A stretch of 14,703 bases of DNA from Oligoflexia bacterium (GTDB lineage: Bacteria; Bdellovibrionota; UBA1018). Below are positions 6,441 to 14,703 of the stretch, piece after piece (position 1 is the stretch's first letter; each line of letters opens with the position of its first letter). A program made the translations under genes and the position numbers. Under the pieces are notes generated by a model. That model made no database searches, had not been told where the DNA came from, and saw only the letters and a list, made by a program, of their open reading frames with translations. The stretch covers positions 1-14,703 of the forward strand of contig JAYTHP010000088.1 of NCBI GenBank assembly GCA_043732485.1. The letters run 5' to 3'.

Positions 6441-8135
6441 ATGGAAAAAAAGACACTTTCGGCTATTTTAATTTGTTGCGCCATTGCCATTTTTTGGCAG
6501 AAGTTTTTCATTGATCCGCAACTGCTCCGTCAGCAGCACCAGCAGCAGCAATTGCGGGCGCGGCAGCAAAAACAGCTTGGCCAACCGGAAGCAAGTGGCG
6601 AGCGGGCGCAGGTCTTGGCTGAGCAGCCATCGGCTGAGCCCGTGGCCGCTTCTCCCCACGTGTCACTCACGCTGGAGACGCAAAACGGTCAGGTAACGCT
6701 TGGGGATGCCGGGGCTTGGATCCTTGATTGGAAGCTGAAAGCTTACTCCAAGGTCTTGCAGTCGCAAGATCAGAGTGTCGATTTGAGCTCGATCACCCGG
6801 GAAACGAGCGGCGAGCTGACCTTATCCTTTGATGACCCGCGTTCGAGCTCCTTGCTGATGAAGCAGGGACGGTTGACGCGGGTGCCTGAGGGTGCCCACT
6901 GGCTTTATGAGGATGACCAGGTGAGAGTGGAGCGCAAGTTTTTGGTGAGTCCCGCTCAGCCTTTTATGGACGTTGAGGTATTGATTGATTTCAAGGACTT
7001 GGCTCCTCCGCGTTATGCCTTTGTGTCGATGCTGGCTAAGGGTAGTAAAAATGACGGCGATGTGCAGGAGCGGCACCTGGATTATGGCTCGCAATCAGAG
7101 ATTCACCGGGTCTTGTGGCAAGAGGACCAGGAAAAATACATCGCCACGCCCGTGAAATACCTTTCTGCTAACAATCAGTACTTTGTTTTTACGGTGGTGG
7201 CGCGTGAGGCTGAGGCGTTGGGTCTGGCGCAAGGCAGTCCCCGTCAAGAGCTTGACGAACCTCGAGGGTTAATCCAGCGGGTCGATGACACGACCACGCG
7301 CTTGAGCTTGTCTTACGGTGTGAATCGTCCGGGAGGGCTCACAAGCGAGCGTCCAGCAGGGCAGCATGATTTTGCTTTGCCGCTGCGGGTTTACTTCGGT
7401 CCTAAGGACCTGGACGTCTTGCGCAAGGTGGCACCGACGCTCGATCATAATGTCGATTTTGGTAGTTTTACGGTGATTGCTTACCCTTTGTTACAGGTCC
7501 TCAAGTGGCTCTACCGCTTTGTCGGGAATTATGGTTCGGCCATTATCCTGCTGACCTTGCTGTTAAAGCTGGTGACCTATCCCCTCAGTCTTAAGACGGC
7601 CAAGAGCATGAAGAGTTTGGCGAAAATTCAGCCGGTGATTCAACAACTGAAAGAGCGTTATAAGAATGATCCTGAGACCTTGAACCGCGAGACTATGGCT
7701 TTGATGCGCACCAGTGGCGCCAATCCTTTGACGGGTTGCTTACCGGTTTTGATTCAAATGCCGGTTTTTTTAGCACTCAATAAGGTCTTAGCCAGTTCGG
7801 TGGAATTGTATCACGCTCCTTTTATCTTCTGGATTCAGGACCTTTCGAGCCGTGATCCCTTGTATTTGACCTCGCTGTTACTGGGCGGCACGATGTTTGT
7901 GCAGCAAAAAATGATGCCTGTGACGAATGCGGATCCGGCGCAGCAAAAAATGATGCAATGGATGATGCCGGTGCTGTTTACTGGCATGATGGTGACGTTG
8001 CCTGCTGGGATGACCTTATATATGTTAGTGAACACGCTAGCCGGGATCGCCCAGCAATGGCTAGTCAACCGCAAGCTGGATAACACCCCCCAGGTTTTGC
8101 CTCCCGGGGTGATTCCCTTAGGTCGGAAGGTTTGA
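6441..8135 (+). CDS. yidC: Membrane protein insertase YidC (Gram-negative type, large periplasmic domain)
   Basis: N-terminal TM anchor, YFGPKDLDVL, VDFG, GNYGSAIILLT, GCLPVLIQMPVF, FWIQDLS and LYMLVNTLAGIAQQW. Confidence 0.97.
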   Translation: MEKKTLSAILICCAIAIFWQKFFIDPQLLRQQHQQQQLRARQQKQLGQPEASGERAQVLAEQPSAEPVAASPHVSLTLETQNGQVTLGDAGAWILDWKLKAYSKVLQSQDQSVDLSSITRETSGELTLSFDDPRSSSLLMKQGRLTRVPEGAHWLYEDDQVRVERKFLVSPAQPFMDVEVLIDFKDLAPPRYAFVSMLAKGSKNDGDVQERHLDYGSQSEIHRVLWQEDQEKYIATPVKYLSANNQYFVFTVVAREAEALGLAQGSPRQELDEPRGLIQRVDDTTTRLSLSYGVNRPGGLTSERPAGQHDFALPLRVYFGPKDLDVLRKVAPTLDHNVDFGSFTVIAYPLLQVLKWLYRFVGNYGSAIILLTLLLKLVTYPLSLKTAKSMKSLAKIQPVIQQLKERYKNDPETLNRETMALMRTSGANPLTGCLPVLIQMPVFLALNKVLASSVELYHAPFIFWIQDLSSRDPLYLTSLLLGGTMFVQQKMMPVTNADPAQQKMMQWMMPVLFTGMMVTLPAGMTLYMLVNTLAGIAQQWLVNRKLDNTPQVLPPGVIPLGRKV

Positions 8136-9658
8136 GTTATTTTTCCCAAGACACGATTTGCGCTCCTGCCTCGGCCGTAGGCGGCGCCGTGGCCATCATT
8201 CGGGTCAGTGGTCCGGCGGCGCTCACCAGTCTGCGGGCTTTAGCGGCGCAACCTGAGACATTTCTGCCGCAGGCTGGCAAAATGCTGCGCTTGCAGCTTT
8301 TTGAGCCGTCAGGCCTGCCTCAGGCTGCAGCCCGGGGTCGCCCCATCGACGATTGTCTGGCGGTGTGTTTTTATGGCCCCCGCAGTTACACCGGCGAGGA
8401 TGTGGTGGAGTACCATGTCCATGGTGGAAGCCTGACGGTGCAATTGACCTTGGAAGCCTTAGTGCAACTCGGGCTAAGGGCCGCCTTGCCAGGCGAGTTT
8501 AGTTTCCGGGCGGTGCGCAGTGGCAAGATGACGGTGTTTCAAGCCCAGGCGGTGGCTGATCTCATTGCTGCTAAAAACCAGGACGCAGCCCTGCTTGCCT
8601 TAGCTAAGATGAGTCCTGCGCAAACTTCTTTTTTACAAAATCTGGCCCTACAGCTGCGCAAACTTGCGGCCTTAGCCGAAGTGGGGATCGACTTTTCTGA
8701 TCAAAATCTCCCCGAGGTGAGTTTACCCAGGCTACAATCAAAACTCCAGCCGTTGTCGCAAACGCTCGGGCACTTGGGTGCGAGTCTTGATCGCGGTCAG
8801 AAGCTGCAAGAAGGCTTGCAAGTCGTTCTGGTGGGGTTGCCTAATTCCGGTAAATCTAGTCTTTTTAATGCCCTTTTAGGTGAGGATCGCTCAATTGTGA
8901 CGCCTGAAGCAGGCACCACGCGCGATGTGATTCAGCAAAGCGTGCAGTTGTTGAGCACCCCACAAGCAGGACGGGTAACCTTGCAGTTGCTGGATACGGC
9001 AGGCCTCAGGGAGACCGACCACCGCATCGAGCACTTAGGGATTGAGCGGGCGCTGGCTGCAGTGGCGAAAGCCGATGGCTTGCTGTTAGTGATTGATCCT
9101 GCGGGTTGCGAGCGCCAGTGGGAGGACCTCAGTGCCATGCTCCCTGCGGCAGGCGGTCCGTCAGGAGTCGGGGAGACGGGGGAGAGCGCAAGCGCGCCTG
9201 CTCAGGCGTCACGCTTTGTCATTGGGGTGATCACCAAGGCTGACTTATACGATGATCCACGGTTGCAACAAGCGACTGCGCGCTTACAGCAGCTCGCACA
9301 ACGGTGGGGGGAGGGCGGTGGTGGTGTCGGCTGGGTGGGGCAAGGACTGTCAGCACCCTGGGTGGTGACCTCGGCACAAACGCATGCCGGGATCAAGGAG
9401 CTTTGTGCCCGGATTGCTGAGGCATGCTTGGGCCAAGCGCCAGGCAGCGCCGATGAATTGCTTTTGACGCGAGTACAACACCAGGTGGCGATCCACCAGG
9501 CCATCGCTGATTTAGAGCGCGCAGGTCACGCCGAGGATTTAGAGTTTTTTGCGTCCGACATTAGGCAAGCCTTAGCGCACTTGAGTCTTTTTATCGGTGA
9601 GACACTCACTGACGATATTTTGACGGCTATTTTCTCTGAATTTTGTATTGGAAAATAA
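8132..9658 (+). CDS. mnmE: tRNA modification GTPase MnmE (TrmE)
   Basis: DTICA, IIRVSG, SYTGEDVVEYHVHGG, G1 GLPNSGKSS, G2 GTTRD, G3 DTAGLR, G4 TKAD, C-terminal FCIGK. TTG start overlaps the yidC stop (TTGA). Confidence 0.97.
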   Translation: MSYFSQDTICAPASAVGGAVAIIRVSGPAALTSLRALAAQPETFLPQAGKMLRLQLFEPSGLPQAAARGRPIDDCLAVCFYGPRSYTGEDVVEYHVHGGSLTVQLTLEALVQLGLRAALPGEFSFRAVRSGKMTVFQAQAVADLIAAKNQDAALLALAKMSPAQTSFLQNLALQLRKLAALAEVGIDFSDQNLPEVSLPRLQSKLQPLSQTLGHLGASLDRGQKLQEGLQVVLVGLPNSGKSSLFNALLGEDRSIVTPEAGTTRDVIQQSVQLLSTPQAGRVTLQLLDTAGLRETDHRIEHLGIERALAAVAKADGLLLVIDPAGCERQWEDLSAMLPAAGGPSGVGETGESASAPAQASRFVIGVITKADLYDDPRLQQATARLQQLAQRWGEGGGGVGWVGQGLSAPWVVTSAQTHAGIKELCARIAEACLGQAPGSADELLLTRVQHQVAIHQAIADLERAGHAEDLEFFASDIRQALAHLSLFIGETLTDDILTAIFSEFCIGK

Positions 9659-9698
9659 GCTTAAACCCCTGCACAATAGGAAATAGGAGAGAAAGCAA

Positions 9699-9758
9699 AT
9701 GATCGCAAAACGTCAGGCGGTTTCTGCTTTCTGGCGCCAAAAGCTCACAAAAAGTTAG
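9699..9758 (+). CDS. Possible 19-aa small ORF / leader peptide (MIAKRQAVSAFWRQKLTKS)
   Basis: AGGAG at 9685-9689, 9 nt before ATG 9699; TAG at 9756-9758. No recognisable homology. Confidence 0.25.
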   Translation: MIAKRQAVSAFWRQKLTKS

Positions 9759-9824
9759 ACGCCACACCTCGCCGCCGCCAGGCGTGACGACGAAGGTTAG
9801 ACGGGCGTGGAAGGGGAGAGGGAG

Positions 9825-10694
9825 ATGGGGATCTACCAGTATCTAAGTTTTGAGTGGGCGTCTCCGATCTCTCAGCCGCTGACTTCGTCTCCCACTCACG
9901 ATCTGCTATCGCTCGCTAGCGCAAGAGGGAGCGGTGGTGATAGCGCTTTGGGTCAAATCCTGGTGCTCCGAATCTGCCGGCCGCAGGCGCTGAATGCCTT
10001 AAACTTACTCGTGCTTGAAGAGCTTCACCGCGCGCTGCAAGAGCTAGCCTTACTCCAACCTCCTGCAGCCGTGCTGATCTTCACCGGGGAAGGATCCAAG
10101 GCTTTCGTGGCAGGCGCCGATGTCACTGCAATGGCGGGGATGAGTCGCGAGCAAGCCAGTTACTTCTCCCAGCTGGGCCATCAAGTGATGCGCCTCCTGG
10201 AGAGCTATCCCGGGGTGGTGATTGCTGCAGTTCAGGGCTTTGCTTTAGGGGGGGGGTTGGAGCTTGCGCTGGCCTGTGATTGCATTCTTGCTAGCGAATC
10301 AGCAGTTTTTGGGGCACCGGAGGTGGGTTTAGGCATTATCCCAGGCTTTGGGGGCACGGTGCGTTTGAGTCGCTGGGTGGGAGTGGCGCGCGCGAAAGAG
10401 TGGCTCTTTTCAGGTCGCAAGCTCAAAGCCTTGGAGGCTCACGCTTGTGGATTGGTGAATAAGCTGTTTGCCGATCAAAACTTTCTCCCTGCGGTGATCG
10501 AGTGGGCCCGTCCGATCAGTGAAAACTCGTCACACGCGGTGGTGGCTGTCAAAAAATTGATGCACGAGGAGCATGCCGACGGCAAGTTGGACGCTGAGAT
10601 TCAGCAGTTTAGTCAACTCTTTGGTTCGTGGGCGCAAAAGGAAGGGATGAGTGCTTTTCTTGAAAAAAGAAAACCGCACTTTAAAAGCGATTAA
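9825..10694 (+). CDS. Enoyl-CoA hydratase/isomerase (crotonase family)
   Basis: RPQALNALN, KAFVAGAD, GFALGGGLELALACD and PEVGLGIIPGFGGT (both catalytic Glu present), EGMSAFLEKRKP. ATG 9825 has GGGGAG RBS; the track start is GTG 9807. Confidence 0.93.
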   Translation: MGIYQYLSFEWASPISQPLTSSPTHDLLSLASARGSGGDSALGQILVLRICRPQALNALNLLVLEELHRALQELALLQPPAAVLIFTGEGSKAFVAGADVTAMAGMSREQASYFSQLGHQVMRLLESYPGVVIAAVQGFALGGGLELALACDCILASESAVFGAPEVGLGIIPGFGGTVRLSRWVGVARAKEWLFSGRKLKALEAHACGLVNKLFADQNFLPAVIEWARPISENSSHAVVAVKKLMHEEHADGKLDAEIQQFSQLFGSWAQKEGMSAFLEKRKPHFKSD

Positions 10695-10695
10695 T

Positions 10696-11856
10696 ATGAC
10701 ATTACACGCATGGCCGAAAGGCACGGATGAGCAAGTTTGGTTTATGGACGGAGTACGCGATTGCGTCTTGAAGAAGATTCAGCCTGCAGCCAAGCTCAGT
10801 GATGCAAGCGGGGAGTTCCCGCGCGCTGGGATCCAAGAGCTTGCAAAGCTTGGGCTGATGGGGATGATGGTGGAGGAGGCTTGGGGGGGCGCGGGCTTAA
10901 GCGCCGTCTCTTATGCCATGGCCATTGAAGAGATTTCAGCGGCGTGCGCTTCAACCGGCGTCATTGTCTCGGTGAATAATTCACTGGTTTGCAGCCCGAT
11001 TGCGAAATATGGCAGTGACTTCCAAAAACAGACCTTTTTACGGCCACTTGCGCAAGGCGAGAAGTTAGGCTGTTTTGGCCTTTCTGAGCCTGAGCATGGC
11101 TCGGATCCAGCCGGATTGCAATGTCAGGCCATTCCCGTCGAAGGCGGTTACCGCCTCAGAGGATCAAAAAACTGGATCACCAACGGTAAGGAAGCCGACT
11201 TTTGCCTCGTTTTTGCAACCACCGATCGTCTTTTAAAGCAAAAAGGGATTTTGTGTCTGGTGGTGGACACCCACTCGCCAGGCTTTCAAGTCTCGAAACT
11301 GGAAGAAAAGCTCGGGATCCATGCCTCCTCCACAGCTCAGCTGTTCTTTGATGATGTCTTTGTGCCGGAAAGCCATCGCTTAGGGACGGAAGGTCAGGGG
11401 TTTCGTATCGCGCTTGATACCCTCGATGGCGGTAGGATTGGGATTGCTTCCCAAGCCCTTGGCATCGCGCGAAGCGCCCTTGAGTCCTCCAAAGCCTTTG
11501 CGCTGTCGCGTAGCCAATTTGGCGCACCGATTGCAAAACTGCAAGCTATTCAATGGTTTATCGCCGATATGGCCACCCGCCTGCAGGGCGCACGTCTACT
11601 CACTTGGCACGCAGCTCGCTTGAAAGATCAAGGTGAGAAGATTACCCAGGCCGCCGCAATGGCCAAATTAGCAGCCTCGGAAGCCGCGATGTGGATCACC
11701 ACTAAAGCGATTCAAGTGCACGGGGGCTATGGCTATACTAAAGAGTATTCCGTGGAGCGTAACTTTCGTGACGCTAAGATCACCGAGATCTACGAGGGCA
11801 CTTCTGAGATCCAGCGGCTGGTGATTGCGGCGCAGGAGTTAGCAGAAGTGCAATAG
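10696..11856 (+). CDS. Short/branched-chain acyl-CoA dehydrogenase (butyryl-CoA dehydrogenase-like)
   Basis: CFGLSEPEHGSD, GSKNWITNG, KLGIHASST, LDGGRIGIA, IQVHGGYGY and RDAKITEIYEGTSEIQR. ATG 10696 lies 1 nt after the crotonase TAA, suggesting translational coupling. Confidence 0.95.
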   Translation: MTLHAWPKGTDEQVWFMDGVRDCVLKKIQPAAKLSDASGEFPRAGIQELAKLGLMGMMVEEAWGGAGLSAVSYAMAIEEISAACASTGVIVSVNNSLVCSPIAKYGSDFQKQTFLRPLAQGEKLGCFGLSEPEHGSDPAGLQCQAIPVEGGYRLRGSKNWITNGKEADFCLVFATTDRLLKQKGILCLVVDTHSPGFQVSKLEEKLGIHASSTAQLFFDDVFVPESHRLGTEGQGFRIALDTLDGGRIGIASQALGIARSALESSKAFALSRSQFGAPIAKLQAIQWFIADMATRLQGARLLTWHAARLKDQGEKITQAAAMAKLAASEAAMWITTKAIQVHGGYGYTKEYSVERNFRDAKITEIYEGTSEIQRLVIAAQELAEVQ

Positions 11857-11965
11857 CGGGCGGAGACAAGCAAACTCTCCGATTTGGCGACTGTCACTCA
11901 GGCGAATCTTAGCCCTTAGAAAAAAAATTCACTATAAGTCCACTCCCCCCCCCCCTCCCTTGGCT

Positions 11966-11993
11966 ATTATAGGCAACAGCTGACAGAGGGCAA
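11966..11993 (-). promoter_or_regulatory. Candidate sigma70 promoter pointing back toward the 3' end of the acyl-CoA dehydrogenase
   Basis: Minus strand TTGCCC (11993-11988), 16-bp spacer, TATAAT (11971-11966). Confidence 0.3.
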
Positions 11994-12461
11994 AAGCGGG
12001 GTAGCTTTTGACCCTGGGAACAGGGTCTGGTCCAAGTATTTTAAGATTAAATAAAAAAATATTTCTCAATTCTTGCCTTCAATGATAATTTAAAGTAGGG
12101 AGCCGTCTTGGTTGTCGGTTTTAGTGTGCTTGTTTGGATTGAGGAATACTTCTTGAGCTTTGCCAAAAGCAGCGCAAGGGTCGTGCTGCTGGCGGTACTA
12201 AGATGAGGGTGACTGCTGTTGATCAGGTCTTGCTTGAGGCAAAAAAATGACAACTCAAGCTTTCTGCCTGAGCAGATGACAAAGGCCTAGGGGCGGTCCA
12301 GAGATAATGCTCACGGGCTTTGAGGGGGAAATAGCGGGGGGTGATCAGCAAGTGGAAGAGTCAGACCCCGCCTAGGCTTTCAGTGTTTTTCAGAAGAGAG
12401 AGAGAAAAAAAAGATTTGATCGTTAAGCGTTTTGTTAAGAGTTTTGTAAGGAAAAATAACT

Positions 12462-14703
12462 ATGACTGACCTCCCAGAAAGTTTTTCCGGTAATTGGCAA
12501 CTTTTTTTTGGGAGAAGGAAGGCAGACTCTCGTCGTCCAGGCGGGCCTTTAGTTCGGAGGAGGAGCGTGAGGCAACAACAGATGCCAAGGCTTGCGGGCT
12601 TTACCCTGGTGGAGACCCTAATTGCCTCGCTTTTGACCACCAGCGTTTTTATCGGGTCCTTGCCTTTGATGAAATTGATTGCCGCTAACCACACCCGCAT
12701 GGCCATGCAATCATCGTTGATGGATTTGAAAAACCAGATGGTACAAAATTTTGCAACCACCGCACGGTGCACCCAAGCCTTTAGCGGTGTGCAGTTTAAT
12801 CCGACTCAAGCCTTTCCTGCCGGCCTGAACGCCGGCATTGCCCTGCCAGGCGTAACCCTCACACCTCAGGTCTCTTCCGCAATGCAAAGCCAGCCCTCAG
12901 GCGGAAGCTCTGCTGCCACAGGTGTCTTGCCTTTTTCCAGTGGGGTGGGTATCAAAAGCCTACAATGGATCTTGCCTAACTCCTCACTCGTGCAAGCGCC
13001 GCTGATGACTTCTACGCCGCTTTTGAATACTTACTTAGCCTTACTCAAAGTGGAGGTCTTTGCTTCGGGCACGCCCTCGGTCAATAGCCTCACAGGAACG
13101 GTTCCTCTGATGGTGTCGATTAATCCCAGCGATCCGACTCATCAGATTAGGTCCTGCACGACGCAAACCGATTTGGTGGGTGCTTGTGTCAATCTCAATG
13201 GGATTATCGATAACACCGGTAAGTGCACTTTCCCCTTGCCGGTGGTCACCAGTGGGCCTAGCGGCTATCCCTGTGTTGCAGCTAGTGTCGGCGTTGGGGT
13301 TTTCCAGCCGGGTCAGGGTATTTGGGTGTGTAATGGCTCGAACTGGGAATTCCCTTATGGTCCTTGCACCCGAACATTTACTGACGCTAACCAGCATGAT
13401 TTTCAGGAACTGACCGGAAGGCTGTCCTACCATTTTACTTGGGATCCGGTGCAACCAGGTCTCACCTTGGCGTATTTGCAAGCCGGTGATCAACCCGCCG
13501 TGCACACCTCCCGCGTGTTTAACTCCTGTACCCAAGGGAAAAGCTGGGCCTCCTTTGGCTGGGTCAGCACTTTGCCCACTTCAAAGAAAATGCTAGGCCT
13601 TGGACAAAGCGAGCCGACCTCAGCTTACCCCCTAGCCTCACCTGCCGTGATGAGTCAAAACGTGGGATTATGGCATTTTAATGATGCGCCAGGAAGCATA
13701 ATCGCGCTAGATTCCGCAACCAGTTCCCCTAACAACGGCACGGTTTTTGGTAACGTTAGATTTGGTAGCCCTGGAAAAATCGGGACTGCGGCCCAGATCC
13801 CAGATAGTAATAGTTTTATAAGCTTAGGCAACGGCGGCAACGGGTCGGATCTTGACAAGGCGATGGAAGATGAGTTCACGATTGCCTTCTGGTATAATGG
13901 TACGACAATACCTCACACTGAAAGTACGATCTTCGTGCGTGGGGCAAATACCGCACTGTCGCCTAGGATTTACCAGGTGCAAAACTCCTCTGTCCCTGGG
14001 ATGATTTACATGGAGCTCTGGGATCTAAGTGTGACTCAGGATCACCCTAGTACTGCGTATCAGCAGAATCAATCCTACTTTTATCCTTCCACCAACAACT
14101 GGGGGCATATCGCGGTGGTCTTTAATCGCAAAGCCATGAGCGTTATTATGTACTCTAGTGGCGTTGAGTTTCAAAATGGCAATAGCGTCAATCCTGCTCA
14201 AATGCCGTCTTCGATACCTAAGTACCTCAAGAAGCAAGATAGTCGTGGGACCCCTTACGTGATAGGCAATACCCTGGTGAGTGGGGGACCGATTATTTTT
14301 CCTTGCTTTACGGATAGTGGTAACTCAGTCCTCGGATTAACTAATAGTTGTAACCCCGTGGGTGGGTCAACCAACGTTACCACAGAAAATACACCAGATA
14401 AGGGTAATATGAACGGCTATATTCAAGAGTTCGCGGTCTGGAACCGCAGCCTATCGCCAGGAGAAATCTTGCAGCTCTATTTGCGGGCGGCCAATCAGAT
14501 TAGGTTTCAGATCAGGGCCTGGGATTTAACGGACTATCCCCATTGCATCGCAGGCACTGAAGGATCGTGTCCGCCCTTTCGTGGGCCTGATGGCACACCG
14601 AACACCTATTTTAGCGAGATCTATAGCACTACGACCAGTAGCCCAACGTTCGGGTTGAATCCCGTCACTTATCCGGGAAATTCAACGCCGGTAGGGAGCG
14701 CAA
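12462..14703 (+). CDS. Large prepilin-type N-terminal cleavage/methylation protein with LamG (concanavalin A-like) domain; 3'-truncated by window edge
   Basis: Manual translation is open from ATG 12462 (or GTG 12567 after GGAGG) to the window end, >700 codons. RLAG/FTLVETLIASLL prepilin motif (F+1 at 12600, E+5). LamG signatures VGLWHFND, FTIAFWY, WGHIAVVF and NGYIQEFAVWNRSLSPGEILQLY (~13662-14480). Absent from the ORF track because there is no stop. Confidence 0.9.
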   Translation, partial: MTDLPESFSGNWQLFFGRRKADSRRPGGPLVRRRSVRQQQMPRLAGFTLVETLIASLLTTSVFIGSLPLMKLIAANHTRMAMQSSLMDLKNQMVQNFATTARCTQAFSGVQFNPTQAFPAGLNAGIALPGVTLTPQVSSAMQSQPSGGSSAATGVLPFSSGVGIKSLQWILPNSSLVQAPLMTSTPLLNTYLALLKVEVFASGTPSVNSLTGTVPLMVSINPSDPTHQIRSCTTQTDLVGACVNLNGIIDNTGKCTFPLPVVTSGPSGYPCVAASVGVGVFQPGQGIWVCNGSNWEFPYGPCTRTFTDANQHDFQELTGRLSYHFTWDPVQPGLTLAYLQAGDQPAVHTSRVFNSCTQGKSWASFGWVSTLPTSKKMLGLGQSEPTSAYPLASPAVMSQNVGLWHFNDAPGSIIALDSATSSPNNGTVFGNVRFGSPGKIGTAAQIPDSNSFISLGNGGNGSDLDKAMEDEFTIAFWYNGTTIPHTESTIFVRGANTALSPRIYQVQNSSVPGMIYMELWDLSVTQDHPSTAYQQNQSYFYPSTNNWGHIAVVFNRKAMSVIMYSSGVEFQNGNSVNPAQMPSSIPKYLKKQDSRGTPYVIGNTLVSGGPIIFPCFTDSGNSVLGLTNSCNPVGGSTNVTTENTPDKGNMNGYIQEFAVWNRSLSPGEILQLYLRAANQIRFQIRAWDLTDYPHCIAGTEGSCPPFRGPDGTPNTYFSEIYSTTTSSPTFGLNPVTYPGNSTPVGSA

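Noticed and set aside
9699..9825. Amber read-through or TAG recoding extending the crotonase N-terminus
   Set aside because: TAG is used as a normal stop at the natural C-termini of rnpA and the acyl-CoA dehydrogenase, and ATG 9825 has its own RBS.
12047..12253. 68-aa minus-strand ORF
   Set aside because: No RBS or recognisable motif; lies in AT-rich DNA upstream of the pilin-like gene.

Overview
Bacterial chromosomal replication-origin region. Its gene content suggests a Bdellovibrionota/Oligoflexia-like or deltaproteobacterial genome (inference). The window opens with a palindromic array of seven perfect DnaA boxes (8-99), the candidate oriC. About 1.9 kb of gene-free DNA follows, with AT-rich blocks carrying a locally enriched, unrecognised repeat motif (TTKAGTC, with longer TTGAGTATTTTAGTCA-like copies). 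Next come a putatively secreted eukaryote-like F-box/LRR protein, tRNA-Gly(CCC) and dnaA (both minus strand). The divergent rpmH-rnpA-yidD-yidC-mnmE cluster follows (rpmH is missing from the ORF track), then a crotonase plus acyl-CoA dehydrogenase pair. The window ends in a large, 3'-truncated prepilin-motif protein with a LamG domain, also missing from the ORF track. dnaN, jag and mnmG/parAB are not at their usual positions within the window.
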